Shown piece by piece: positions 39,611 to 49,426 of a stretch of 64,000 bases of DNA. The stretch is taken from NCBI GenBank assembly GCA_046313635.1, contig JBKBYA010000001.1, positions 799,481 to 863,480 of the forward strand, in the 5' to 3' direction. The position numbers and the translations under genes were made by a program. The notes beneath the pieces were generated by a model. The model was not told the DNA's origin. It saw only the letters and a list, made by a program, of their open reading frames with translations, and searched no databases. The first letter of the stretch is position 1. The number at the start of each line of letters is the position of its first letter. This stretch comes from Pyrinomonadaceae bacterium (GTDB lineage Bacteria; Acidobacteriota; Blastocatellia; Pyrinomonadales; Pyrinomonadaceae).

Positions 39611-41464
39611 TCAACGGACGATCTGAATATTCAGCGACTGCTGACCCGAGACGATGAAGTCGGCCGGCGGCAGCTCGACCTCGCTCAGTATCGACTGGAC
39701 GACCTGCGGTGGGCCGCCGGCGACGCGTTCGCTGTTCATTGTCGCCAGCACCGACGGCGGCAGATTCGGCATCTCGCTCACGCCGACCACGACGCCCGAG
39801 GTGCTGCGCGTCAATTGGACGTAAAGCCGGTCGGGCGTCTTGAGACGATTGACCGTGCTCACAAAGTCGGCGATCGATCTCGGCACGAATTGCTGCACAG
39901 GCGCATTCTGCTGCATCGCGACGCCGTCGCCGACGCGGATCGTCATCGTCCCCGCGGCCGCATCGGCCGGGACCGTGACGGGTATCCGCTGCAGATACGT
40001 CTTGCCGCTGCTCGTCCGCGCAAAGGCCTGAACTTCGACGGTCTCGCCGGGCCGCACCTGCGTGCGGTCGACGGCGATGCGCTCGAGCGTCGCGATGCGG
40101 CTGCCCTCGGTCGTCCGCAGCCTGATCGCGATGCCGCTGACGGCGAGATCGTCAAACTGGCTGCGGAGCAGCGCGTTCATCGGCAGCGCTACAGATAGAC
40201 CGGCCATGGGCACGGCCTGCGCTCCGGCGACCCGGCGTCGGAGCTTGATCGGCCCTGCACCGGCGACCTTGATATCGCCGTCGATCTCGATCGTCGCGTC
40301 GCCGATGTTGCGTTCGTTGGAGACGAGCGCGTTGACGACGCCGATATTGAGCAGGATCGGCGTCAGGAAATCGTCGTTAGCTATCTCGAAGTTTATCGTC
40401 TGCGTCTGCCCGCGGCTCGTCTCGAGATCGATCCGCACCGGGATCATCTTGGGCGCACGGCCGAGCGTGCCGAAGACGCCGGTCGCTCTGTCCTGCGTCA
40501 TCGCGCCGACCATCGCGTCGGGGACGGCGAGCTTGAACGAGTTGTTGAGGTTTGGTACGACCGTGACGACGTGCGATTCGGACATCGGCAGATCTGCCGA
40601 GCCGAGACCGAGAAAGGGATGTCCGAAGGCGTATATCTTCTCGCCCGAGCGAAGCGTCACGGTACCGCTCGCCGCGAGGCTGTAGTCGCCGCGCGCGAGC
40701 TGCATAGAGACCGACGCGCCGCCGAGCAGCGTCGCGTCGTCGGCCTTTTTGAGCGGGCCGCTCTCGGCGCGTGCGCCGGCGCCCCCGACGGGCAAGAGTC
40801 CGGCCCTCGAGAGCTGCGGAGCGTAAAGGTCGAGCACCTGCTGCGAAATGCCGGCAAACGTCAGAGGCGTCGCGATCGGCCGAAAAGCCTGGCCCGCGAC
40901 CGACGGCACGGCGGAGCCTGCGACGCTCGGCGGCGTCGATCCAAAGGCGTCCTCAAATTCGGCCGGCAGACGCGTCGCGGCGAGCTCGGCGAACGAAACG
41001 GCCCGCGGCTCGCGGGCGACGTTCTTATTCGACGCGGGATGCTGCTCAAATATGCCGATCATCTGCTCGATCGGAGTGATGCCGCAGATCGGCTCTTTGG
41101 AGAACGGGAAGCTGTACGAGATCGCGCCCACCAGCTTGCCGTCGATGTAAACGGGCGAGCCCGACATTCCCGCAAAGACAGCGGTGCGGTCGGCGGGGCC
41201 GCCGTTCAGACGGCCGACAATGAGGTCCTGCTTCGGGCCGATAGCGCCGGGCAGGATGCCGAGTATCTCGACGCCGAATTCCTCCGGCCTGCTGCCGCGA
41301 AACACGGTCCGAGCCGTCCCGCGCATTCCCTCGCGAAGTTCGCTGAGCGGAAAGAACGCAGGCGTTGCCGGCGAGGTCGAAGCGGCCGCGAGCTGACCGA
41401 ACGCAACGCCCGAAAACACGATGAATGCGGCCAAAATCAAAGGGAACTGAACTCGTCGGGTCAT
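39611..41464 (-). CDS. Secreted SpoIVB-like peptidase S55 domain protein
   Basis: Signal peptide MTRRVQFPLIL; AGMSGSPVYIDGKLVGA; GTVT; AFGHPF. Confidence 0.88.
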   Translation of the reverse strand: MTRRVQFPLILAAFIVFSGVAFGQLAAASTSPATPAFFPLSELREGMRGTARTVFRGSRPEEFGVEILGILPGAIGPKQDLIVGRLNGGPADRTAVFAGMSGSPVYIDGKLVGAISYSFPFSKEPICGITPIEQMIGIFEQHPASNKNVAREPRAVSFAELAATRLPAEFEDAFGSTPPSVAGSAVPSVAGQAFRPIATPLTFAGISQQVLDLYAPQLSRAGLLPVGGAGARAESGPLKKADDATLLGGASVSMQLARGDYSLAASGTVTLRSGEKIYAFGHPFLGLGSADLPMSESHVVTVVPNLNNSFKLAVPDAMVGAMTQDRATGVFGTLGRAPKMIPVRIDLETSRGQTQTINFEIANDDFLTPILLNIGVVNALVSNERNIGDATIEIDGDIKVAGAGPIKLRRRVAGAQAVPMAGLSVALPMNALLRSQFDDLAVSGIAIRLRTTEGSRIATLERIAVDRTQVRPGETVEVQAFARTSSGKTYLQRIPVTVPADAAAGTMTIRVGDGVAMQQNAPVQQFVPRSIADFVSTVNRLKTPDRLYVQLTRSTSGVVVGVSEMPNLPPSVLATMNSERVAGGPPQVVQSILSEVELPPADFIVSGQQSLNIQIVR

Positions 41465-41594
41465 TAAAAACTGCTTCCTCTCAAACTGGGCTGTATGGTA
41501 ACATTTTGGATGGCTGCTCAACAGCTTTTCGTTCGCAAAAGCTTTCACAGTACATCTCACCGCTCCTGATCCTTTTCTGCAGTTATCCACACAT

Positions 41595-42557
41595 ATGTTT
41601 CGCGCAAAACGTTTGGTTAAGACCTTTGTCCGGCTTTTGCTCCCGATCGTCGTGCTCGTCGTGGCGGCGACCGTGGCGGCTTCGGTCTGGCTGGTCCACA
41701 AGACCTCGCGGCCGCAGTCGGCCGCCTATCTTGTCACCCCGGACAAGTACGGACTGCTCAGCTCTCGCGGCGCCCAGATCACAGAAGAGAAATGGACCAA
41801 CCGCGACGGCACAAAGGCGCGCGGCTGGCTGCTTCGCGGCTCGCCGAACGCCCCGGCCGTGATCCTGCTGCATAAATTCGGCGCAGACCGCTCGTACGTC
41901 CTTAATCTCGGCGTGAAGCTCAACGAAGCGACGAATTTCACGATCCTGATGCCCGACCTCCGCGGTCACGGCCCGCAGCCGCTGGTCGAGATCTCGTCAT
42001 TCGGCGGCCGCGAATCGGTGGACGTGCTCGCGGCGGTCGAATTCCTGCGCGGGCTAAAGACTCCCGAGCAGCTGACGCTCGTCGGTCCGCGGCTGGGAGT
42101 TTACGGCGTCGAGCTTGGGGCTCTCGCCGCGGTCAAGGCCGCCGCGGAGGAGCCGGCCATCGATGCCGTCGCGCTCGACTCGGTGCCTCAAGATTCAAAT
42201 TCGCTACTCGCCGCAAGCGTCGCACATCGATACCCGTTTGCGAGCTTTGTCACGGCGCGGCTCGCCGGGCTGGGGACAAATCTCTATTTCGTCGACGGAA
42301 CGTACGATCGCTCGGCCGTATGCGAGGCGGGGAAGGCGATCGGCGAGCGTAGGGTGCTGCTGCTCGCGGGCGTTGACGCGGCGGACTTTCAGTCCTCGAC
42401 ACAGAAGCTCTCGAAATGCCTGCAGAGCCGTCAGGTGCCCGAGTCGAGATTTGACCTGAGCCCGTCGGGCTACAGCATTATGAGCGCCTCGCTCGAGCAG
42501 TCGACGGCCTACGATCAGCGGGTGATCGACTTTTTCCGGACGTCGCTCGGCGGTTAA
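41595..42557 (+). CDS. Membrane-anchored alpha/beta hydrolase-fold protein (nucleophile site GVELG)
   Basis: N-terminal transmembrane helix; DGTKARGW, VILLH, PDLRGHG, SFGGRESVDVLAAVEFL. Confidence 0.8.
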   Translation: MFRAKRLVKTFVRLLLPIVVLVVAATVAASVWLVHKTSRPQSAAYLVTPDKYGLLSSRGAQITEEKWTNRDGTKARGWLLRGSPNAPAVILLHKFGADRSYVLNLGVKLNEATNFTILMPDLRGHGPQPLVEISSFGGRESVDVLAAVEFLRGLKTPEQLTLVGPRLGVYGVELGALAAVKAAAEEPAIDAVALDSVPQDSNSLLAASVAHRYPFASFVTARLAGLGTNLYFVDGTYDRSAVCEAGKAIGERRVLLLAGVDAADFQSSTQKLSKCLQSRQVPESRFDLSPSGYSIMSASLEQSTAYDQRVIDFFRTSLGG

Positions 42558-43252
42558 ATATCCATCTTTTTGTCGCTGTGCCCGTTCGAACGCGCGAGGG
42601 TCTGCATCTCTGCGCTCTCCTCGATCTTACCGACGGCCTGGACGAGTATCTCGCGAAGGCTCTCGAGTCGTGTCGACGTGCTCGTCATCTCGAGCATTTT
42701 GTATTTGAGATCGTTGTCGAGGTTAAAGGCTGCGGCGACCAGGAATGAGAGTTCGAGCGGCGAGGTCTTTGGAAGTTCGTCAAAGGTGCCTCTATTTCCG
42801 CTGAGCTTGAATGCCGCCTTCGCGACCCGTTCAAAGAGCCCGTGCACCTCGTCGGCAAGCGGCTCGAGCGTCGCCTCCGCCTCGACCTCGTCATCAAAGA
42901 ATCGAACGTCGCCGACGAGGTAAGGGTCGCCAGTCTCGACGTACTCGAGAGTTCTGTATCGCATCACTCCCGAGGTGACGATGTTCGCGCGTCCGTCGGG
43001 CAGCATCTGCACCTCACGCAGCTCGACCGCGCAGCCGACGCGGTCGATCGACGGGCGGTCGGCGGACCCGGCCGACTCGTCCAGGAATGTCACGCCAAAA
43101 ACGCCGCGGTCCGAGCGCACGTCCTTGAGCATCTGTCGATACCGCGGCTCAAAAATGTGCAGCGGCAAGACCTCGTTCGGCAGCACCACCATCGGCAGCG
43201 GAAATAGCGGCAGATGACGGATGCCTTTGACCTTTTCGGCGGCTTCTGACAT
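42554..43252 (-). CDS. Lon peptidase substrate-binding (LON N-terminal) domain protein
   Basis: LPLFPL, LPLHIFEPRYRQM, LPDGR; no ATPase domain. Confidence 0.9.
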   Translation of the reverse strand: MSEAAEKVKGIRHLPLFPLPMVVLPNEVLPLHIFEPRYRQMLKDVRSDRGVFGVTFLDESAGSADRPSIDRVGCAVELREVQMLPDGRANIVTSGVMRYRTLEYVETGDPYLVGDVRFFDDEVEAEATLEPLADEVHGLFERVAKAAFKLSGNRGTFDELPKTSPLELSFLVAAAFNLDNDLKYKMLEMTSTSTRLESLREILVQAVGKIEESAEMQTLARSNGHSDKKMDI

Positions 43253-43270
43253 TTGTTTCGGGCTTGACGG

Positions 43271-44518
43271 CTAAGCTGCGATCGAGCCGGCGATCAGCTC
43301 GGCGATCTTGTCGGCGGGCTCGTCGTTAAGGACGCTCCTCTTGACGCCGACGACGAGCCGGGCGATGTCGTCAGCGCGTGTCTTAAAGCGATTATCGCGA
43401 AGGACCAGCTCCTCGACGACGCGGCGCTCGAGGGTCTCCCTCGTCTCCTCGACGTCGGTCGCACGAGCGGTTATCTCAAGCGGCGCCGCCTGATTGCGAA
43501 GCTTGATATGCAGGGCACCGGTAACGGCCTTTGCGCCGTCGCGGATCTTTCGCAGCTCGAGCACCGATGCGGGCATTCCGAGTATCCCGCGGAGCGTGAT
43601 CTCGATGATCGGCGCCGGTTGCCCGTGCTCGGCGCGGCGGCCTTCGGACTCGACCATTCGGATGACATCACGCGTGATCTCGGCCGCGTCGGCGTAACCG
43701 GAGACGTCGAACGCCAGCCGCTGGAATGGCCGGTTGAGATACTCGTCCACGTGCCGCGCCGAGACCGCGTTCGCCTCGTCGACCTCGACCAGAAATACGC
43801 CGCGCGTCTCGCGGTGATCGCTGATGCTCGTGATCTCGATCGAGCCCGGATTAAAGACCCAATTGTCGATCGCGAACTGCCGGTGCGTGTGCCCGAGTGC
43901 GACGTAGTCGGCGACCGAACGCAGCTCCTCGAGCGCGCGTCGCGACAGCGCGGGGATCGGATGGGTCTCGAAACCTTCTACATCGGTGTGAAGCATCACG
44001 ATGTGAAAGGCGCCTTCGCGGCGATTTCGCTTGACGGCCTCGATCAGCCGCGGCATCGCCCAATTTGACGACGCTCCGTACCAGTGCGAGCCGAATATCC
44101 TCGCACGGCCGACGTCGACAAAGCCGCCCTTGCCGCACGACTCGTCCCACGGGTCGTACGTGAATCCGTCTTCGCTCGTCGCCGGCTCGAGCAGGCACAG
44201 CAGCTTCCATTTAGCGAGCGAGCGCAGCCAGCTGTACTCGCTGTCGCCGTGCTTTTGGTCGTGATTGCCCTCGATCGCGACGACCGGGATGCCGGCCTGC
44301 TTCAGCATCGTGAGCCCCTCGACGGCGTGGTCCATCGTCTCGGGCGGCACGCTGCGCTTGTGAAAAAAATCTCCGCAGATCAAGACAAAGTCGACCCGCT
44401 CGTCGATCGCATATCGCCGCAGCGCGTCGGTCCACGCATCGAAGAAGTCTCGCGGGCTCTCGGCGAGCTGGTACCGCGTACACCCGAGGTGCACATCGGC
44501 CATATGGAGGAATTTCAT
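43271..44518 (-). CDS. sbcD: SbcD/Mre11-family DNA repair exonuclease
   Basis: ADVHLG, GDFFH, GNHD, MLH, YVALGHTH, NPGS. Confidence 0.88.
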   Translation of the reverse strand: MKFLHMADVHLGCTRYQLAESPRDFFDAWTDALRRYAIDERVDFVLICGDFFHKRSVPPETMDHAVEGLTMLKQAGIPVVAIEGNHDQKHGDSEYSWLRSLAKWKLLCLLEPATSEDGFTYDPWDESCGKGGFVDVGRARIFGSHWYGASSNWAMPRLIEAVKRNRREGAFHIVMLHTDVEGFETHPIPALSRRALEELRSVADYVALGHTHRQFAIDNWVFNPGSIEITSISDHRETRGVFLVEVDEANAVSARHVDEYLNRPFQRLAFDVSGYADAAEITRDVIRMVESEGRRAEHGQPAPIIEITLRGILGMPASVLELRKIRDGAKAVTGALHIKLRNQAAPLEITARATDVEETRETLERRVVEELVLRDNRFKTRADDIARLVVGVKRSVLNDEPADKIAELIAGSIAA

Positions 44519-44558
44519 ATCGTTGATTTTAGCATAGCGGTGTGACATAAATTTCCGC

Positions 44559-45368
44559 ATGGAAAGGGTCGTTCTGGTCACAGGAGCGTCGAGCGGGATC
44601 GGCAGGGAGACCGCAAGATTGTTTCAGACAAAGAACTGGAAGGTAGCCGCGACGATGCGCTCGCCCGAGGACGCCGGCGACCTCCAGCGGATCGCCGACA
44701 TCGAGTGCTTTCGCCTCGACGTTACCGACGTCGATTCGATCAAAACCGCGATCGCCGACACGCTCGAAAAGTTCGGCCGCATCGACGCGGTCGTCAACAA
44801 CGCCGGCTACGGGCTTGTCGGTCCGTTCGAGGCGATCACGGACGAACAGGCACGACGGCAGTTCGAAACGAACGTGTTTGGTTTGATGAACGTCTGCCGC
44901 GAGATCCTGCCGTACTTTCGCGAGCAGCGGCGCGGCACGATCGTCAACGTCGCGTCGGTCGGCGGGCGAATGACGTTTCCGCTCTACAGCCTATATCACG
45001 CGACGAAATGGGCGGTCGAGGGCTTTTCCGAATCGCTGCATTACGAGCTCAAGCCGCTCGGCATCAGGATCAGGATCATCGAACCCGGCCCGATACGCAC
45101 GGACTTTTACGGCCGTTCGCAGGAGGTGGCCCGCAAAGAAGGCCTGAACGCTTACGACAGCATCGTCGCCCGCGCGCTGCCGAATATGCAGAAGGCGGGA
45201 GCCGGAGCCCCCGGCGGCGAGGTCGTCGCGGCGGCCATCTACGACGCCGTGACCGACACCTCCGACAGGCTGCGTTACGGGGTCAACACCAGGGGCATCC
45301 TCGCGCTGCGGCGCCTGCTGCCGGAGTCGATCTTTTACGGGTTGATCAGAAAGATAATTCTGCGCTGA
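44559..45368 (+). CDS. SDR-family oxidoreductase
   Basis: TGASSGIG, NNAGYG, YHATKWAVEG. Confidence 0.95.
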   Translation: MERVVLVTGASSGIGRETARLFQTKNWKVAATMRSPEDAGDLQRIADIECFRLDVTDVDSIKTAIADTLEKFGRIDAVVNNAGYGLVGPFEAITDEQARRQFETNVFGLMNVCREILPYFREQRRGTIVNVASVGGRMTFPLYSLYHATKWAVEGFSESLHYELKPLGIRIRIIEPGPIRTDFYGRSQEVARKEGLNAYDSIVARALPNMQKAGAGAPGGEVVAAAIYDAVTDTSDRLRYGVNTRGILALRRLLPESIFYGLIRKIILR

Positions 45369-45403
45369 AAGGTACTTTTGACCGCCGCGTCTCGACCCGC
45401 TCC

Positions 45404-46273
45404 TCAGCTTGCCGACGCCTTTTGCCTCACGTCGATCCGGACGCGGCCGAATTCGCGCATTAGCCGGTCGAGCCGCTCGACGGCGGCGTCGTGGGCGGCA
45501 CCGTTCGTGGCGAGGATGCCGTTGTGATTCTGCAGGTCCTCGGCATCGTAAACGAGAGGTTCGCCGAAAAGGTCGGTCATCCGTCCGCCTGCCTCTTCAA
45601 GGATGACCTGCGGCCCGCACGTGTCCCAGACCTTCGTGCGCGGGCTCGGGTGGATGTAAATGTCGCAGAGCCGCTCGGCGATGAGCCCGATCTTAAGCCC
45701 GACCGAGCCTCGCCTGACCTCTGCGGCAAAGCCGAACTCTTCGACGATCCGCTGCATTCGCTCACTCATGTGATTCTTGGTGACGGCGAGCTTCATCTCG
45801 GCAAATTCGGCCTCGCGCGAGACCTCGAGCCGACGCCGTTCGCCCTTCGTCTCGCAAAAGCTGCCGAGGCCTTTAGCGGCGAAGTAGATCTTGTCGAGAT
45901 ACGGCAAAAAGACGACGCCGAGCACCGGCCGGCCGCGATCGGTGAGCCCGATCTGCACGCCGAAATCGCCGTCCTTTTTGACGAATCCGGCAGTACCGTC
46001 GATCGGATCGATGATCCACGCCCGCTCTCGCGAGAGCCTGTGCCCGGGGTCGTCGGCTTCTTCCTCAGACAACACCGCGTCGTCATGAAATGCAGACCGC
46101 AGCCCATCGACAACGACACGGCTGGCGGCGCGGTCGGCGGCCGTGACGGGCTCGTAAAAGTTGTCGACGCCGAGCTTTTCTTCGGCGATGATCTCGCGGG
46201 AGTAATGGTCGAGAATGACGGTGCCGGCCTCGCGGGCGAGCCGGCACGCAGTCTCAAGTTCGGTCGTGTACAT
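45404..46273 (-). CDS. cysQ: 3'(2'),5'-bisphosphate nucleotidase
   Basis: PVTAAD, LSEE, WIIDPIDGT, WDTCG; start at MYTTELE. Confidence 0.88.
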   Translation of the reverse strand: MYTTELETACRLAREAGTVILDHYSREIIAEEKLGVDNFYEPVTAADRAASRVVVDGLRSAFHDDAVLSEEEADDPGHRLSRERAWIIDPIDGTAGFVKKDGDFGVQIGLTDRGRPVLGVVFLPYLDKIYFAAKGLGSFCETKGERRRLEVSREAEFAEMKLAVTKNHMSERMQRIVEEFGFAAEVRRGSVGLKIGLIAERLCDIYIHPSPRTKVWDTCGPQVILEEAGGRMTDLFGEPLVYDAEDLQNHNGILATNGAAHDAAVERLDRLMREFGRVRIDVRQKASAS

Positions 46274-46304
46274 CGATTCCAATTTAGCACAGCGGCCGCT
46301 CGCG

Positions 46305-46544
46305 TCAGGTCTTGTCGATGCGCTCGACGACGCCGCACCGCGGACAGACGAGCGTCTCGCGAAGCTTGTCGGCCCAGCGGGCGAGCGCCGCGGTCGAGAG
46401 ACGGCGTTCGCCCTCGCCCTCGCGCAAGATCCGCGAACGATGAGCGCCGTCGTTAGTTTCGCCATTCTCGGTCTCAAGCTCGCGCTCGCACGAGCGGCAG
46501 ATCCATCCAAAACCGTCGTTGTAAAAATCCCTAAGCTCGGCCAT
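46305..46544 (-). CDS. Small CxxC...CxxC (zinc-ribbon-like) hypothetical protein
   Basis: WICRSC and LVCPRCG in a 79-aa ORF between htrA and cysQ. Confidence 0.65.
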   Translation of the reverse strand: MAELRDFYNDGFGWICRSCERELETENGETNDGAHRSRILREGEGERRLSTAALARWADKLRETLVCPRCGVVERIDKT

Positions 46545-46600
46545 AAACACAAAGCGGCGAGCGATCGGCCGCCCGCCGCGTCATTCACGATCGCCGGATC

Positions 46601-47782
46601 CTACTGCACCCGACGGCCCGGTGCAGCCTGCCGCGAGGTCGCTCCGAGCAGCCTGACCGGCAGCGTCGTCGTCCTGCCGTCCCGATAGATCTCGACATTC
46701 ACCGTATCGCCGATCTGCTTCTTGTCGAGGATGCGGTAGATGTCGTCGATGTCGTCGGTCTTTTGCCCGTCGACAGAGAGAATTATGTCGCCGATGCCGG
46801 CACTCGAGACGCCTCGCAGACCCGCACGCTCGGCCGAGCCGCCCGGCACGACCTGATAGACAAGCACGCCGCGATCGACCGGCAGGCGGACGTCGGGCCG
46901 CTGAGCGAGGATGCCTCTTACGCTCGGGAGCGACGCGCCGAGCTTCGGCCGGCGCACCTCGCCAAACTGGATCAGCTGCGCGACGACGCGCTTGGCCGTG
47001 TTGACCGGGATCGCAAAGCCGACGCCGACCGATCCGCCCGCCGGCGAGAGGATCTGCGAGTTGATGCCGATCATCCGGCCGTACTTATCGAGCAGCGGAC
47101 CGCCCGAATTGCCCGGGTTGATCGACGCGTCGGTCTGGATGGCGGCGTCGATCGGCCGGCCGTTGCGAGCTCGGATCGGCCGCTGCAGTCCCGAGATCAC
47201 GCCGGTCGTAAGCGTCCGGTCCAGGCCGAAGGGATTGCCAATGGCGAGCACCTTTTGCCCGACGGCCAGCTTGTCCGAATCGCCCATCGGAACGACGGTG
47301 AGACCCGCGGGCGGCGAGATCTTGATGACCGCGAGGTCGGTGTCCGGGTCGCCGCCGACGACCGTTGCCGGATAGACCTTGTCGCCGCCGAAGCTGACCG
47401 ACAGTTTCGACGCGCCCTCGATGACGTGGTAGTTGGTCAGGATGTGACCTTCGTTGTCGATGACCGAGCCGCTGCCGTTGCCGCGACCTTCTTCGATCCC
47501 GCCAAAAAAGTCCTGCGTGTAGCTCGTCGTGTTTATGAACGCGACGCCCGGCGAGACCGACTTGTAGACCTCGATGCTGTTTTGCTCGTCGCTCACCGTC
47601 GACGGATCTGAGATGCCTGACGGGGCCGCCTCGGCAAACGACACGGCCGAATTGTCGTTATCGCTCCAGAACTTTCCGAATGAGAAAACAAGCGCCGTCG
47701 CGCCGATCGCGATCAGCGCTGAAGCAAAGGAAAGCAAGAGTATCTGTTTGACCGAGAGATGGTACACCGGTTTGTTGGACAT
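46601..47782 (-). CDS. HtrA/DegP-like S1C serine protease with one PDZ domain
   Basis: GSGSVI, ILTNYHV, DLAV, IQTDASINPGNSGGPL, C-terminal PDZ. Confidence 0.94.
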   Translation of the reverse strand: MSNKPVYHLSVKQILLLSFASALIAIGATALVFSFGKFWSDNDNSAVSFAEAAPSGISDPSTVSDEQNSIEVYKSVSPGVAFINTTSYTQDFFGGIEEGRGNGSGSVIDNEGHILTNYHVIEGASKLSVSFGGDKVYPATVVGGDPDTDLAVIKISPPAGLTVVPMGDSDKLAVGQKVLAIGNPFGLDRTLTTGVISGLQRPIRARNGRPIDAAIQTDASINPGNSGGPLLDKYGRMIGINSQILSPAGGSVGVGFAIPVNTAKRVVAQLIQFGEVRRPKLGASLPSVRGILAQRPDVRLPVDRGVLVYQVVPGGSAERAGLRGVSSAGIGDIILSVDGQKTDDIDDIYRILDKKQIGDTVNVEIYRDGRTTTLPVRLLGATSRQAAPGRRVQ

Positions 47783-47989
47783 AGTGCGCACTTCCTTTTT
47801 TACGAATTTAAGTATGAATCAACACTTTGATGCCCGGCGTCAAAGCTGCCGTTTCCCAACTACGAAAAAAATACAGCCCTTGTTTCCCCCGAAACAAGGG
47901 CTGCCGTCGCTATGTACCGTGCTTACTCCAACGGCCCGGCGGCCGGTCGCGCGGGTAGCCCGGCGATCGGCGTGTCAGATGCCTGATAG

Positions 47990-48310
47990 TCAAAACGACG
48001 TACCGGCGACAGATCCGACCGCGTAAAAGCCGGTTATGAGATGAACGCCCATGACCAGCGCGTAAACGCCGAGGGCAACGCCGAGGCAATAGCGAGTCAC
48101 GCGCCGGTGAGCAAATGAGAAAAGCACGATGGCCGCAAGCGCACCCACCAGCAGCTTGACCGCGAGAAATTGAAAGTTCCCGATGTCGAGGAGTGTCGCC
48201 ATAAGGTGATTGCCCTCGGTCGCGATGCCGTTGCGCACCCAAATTATCGTTAGCAACGCGTCCAGTACGTTGAGGCTAAAGAGCAGTACGATCTGGTTGA
48301 GAAGATGCAT
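47990..48310 (-). CDS. Small membrane protein (DUF5658-like)
   Basis: LNVLDALLT...EGNHLM...FLAVKL; hydrophobic. Confidence 0.75.
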   Translation of the reverse strand: MHLLNQIVLLFSLNVLDALLTIIWVRNGIATEGNHLMATLLDIGNFQFLAVKLLVGALAAIVLFSFAHRRVTRYCLGVALGVYALVMGVHLITGFYAVGSVAGTSF

Positions 48311-48616
48311 ATTCTCGACTTTGACCCTTCGACACGCGGTAAGGCTATGCGATCGGCGCGGTCCTCGCACCCTCGAGGCCTTGCGGGTGGGCGTCGGCTC
48401 CCGGTGCGAACAGTGGTTCGTGAGTGTGACTGCCGAGATAATACACCCAATCCGTGCCGCGTTTCAGATTTTCTTATCCGTCATATTCTCGCTCTCAAGC
48501 GTGCTATTCTGTTTGCCGACATACTCTTTCGGGACAACGGCTCTGGACCTGGTCCAATCAAAGGGCACGGCTGTCCGACGGGCAGCCGTTGGAGAATCTG
48601 GTTTTGGGAGAACGAA

Positions 48617-49345
48617 ATGAGAATCAATAGGATCACTAGAATTAGACTGATGATTTCGGCGCTTGCGCTGCTTGTAGCGGCCGGTTCGATCGATACATTC
48701 GGTCAAACCCGCAAGCCGGTGCTTCGTAAGCGCACAACGACAAAGCGGGTCGTCCGCAAGCCGGCCGTGCCGCTGTATTCCGTCGCCTCGGGCACGCGTC
48801 TGCATGCCCGCATCAACGAGACGCTCAGCTCAAAGACGGCGCGTGTCGGCGACCGCTTCACGGCGACGGTGACCAATGACGTGTATTCGTCCAACGGCGT
48901 TCTGCTGATCCCGGACGGCAGCACTCTGACCGGGCGCGTGGACGCCGTGCAGCCCGCCAAGAAGGGCGGCAAACCCGGCGCGATCGACGTCAGCTTCGTC
49001 AGCCTTAGGCTGCCGAACGGCTCTACCCGCGCGATCAACGGCACGCTCACCGATCTCACCAGCGACGATGCCAAAAGCGATGTCGAGGGCACGGCCCGCG
49101 GCGACAAGATGAAGCATCGCAAGGTGATCTTCATCGGCGGCGGTGCGGCCGGCGGCGCGGTGCTCGGTGCGGCGATCGGCGGCGGCAAGGGAGCTCTGAT
49201 CGGCGGACTGCTCGGAGCGGGCGGCGGATTTCTGGGCGAAAAGCTGACCAAGGGCGAGGAGGCGGTCGTGCAGAGCGGCACCGAATTTGGTGTCTATCTC
49301 AACCAGCCGCTGTCGCTGCCTAGGTACGCCGAGGCCACGCCCTGA
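48617..49345 (+). CDS. Secreted protein with TrbI/VirB10-like beta domain and glycine zipper
   Basis: Signal peptide; SGTRLHARINETLSSKTARVGDRF; IPDGSTLTGRV; GGGAAGGAVLGAAIGGGKG. Confidence 0.8.
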   Translation: MRINRITRIRLMISALALLVAAGSIDTFGQTRKPVLRKRTTTKRVVRKPAVPLYSVASGTRLHARINETLSSKTARVGDRFTATVTNDVYSSNGVLLIPDGSTLTGRVDAVQPAKKGGKPGAIDVSFVSLRLPNGSTRAINGTLTDLTSDDAKSDVEGTARGDKMKHRKVIFIGGGAAGGAVLGAAIGGGKGALIGGLLGAGGGFLGEKLTKGEEAVVQSGTEFGVYLNQPLSLPRYAEATP

Positions 49346-49366
49346 CCGGACGACAGAAGTAGATCA

Positions 49367-49405
49367 AAAACCCCGCAAGTCGATTCGACCTGCGGGGTTT
49401 GTTTT
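49367..49405. terminator. Bidirectional terminator between convergent genes
   Basis: AAAACCCCGCA...TGCGGGGTTTGTTTT. Confidence 0.75.
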
Positions 49406-49426
49406 ATTCATTCGTGCTCTGACGCC

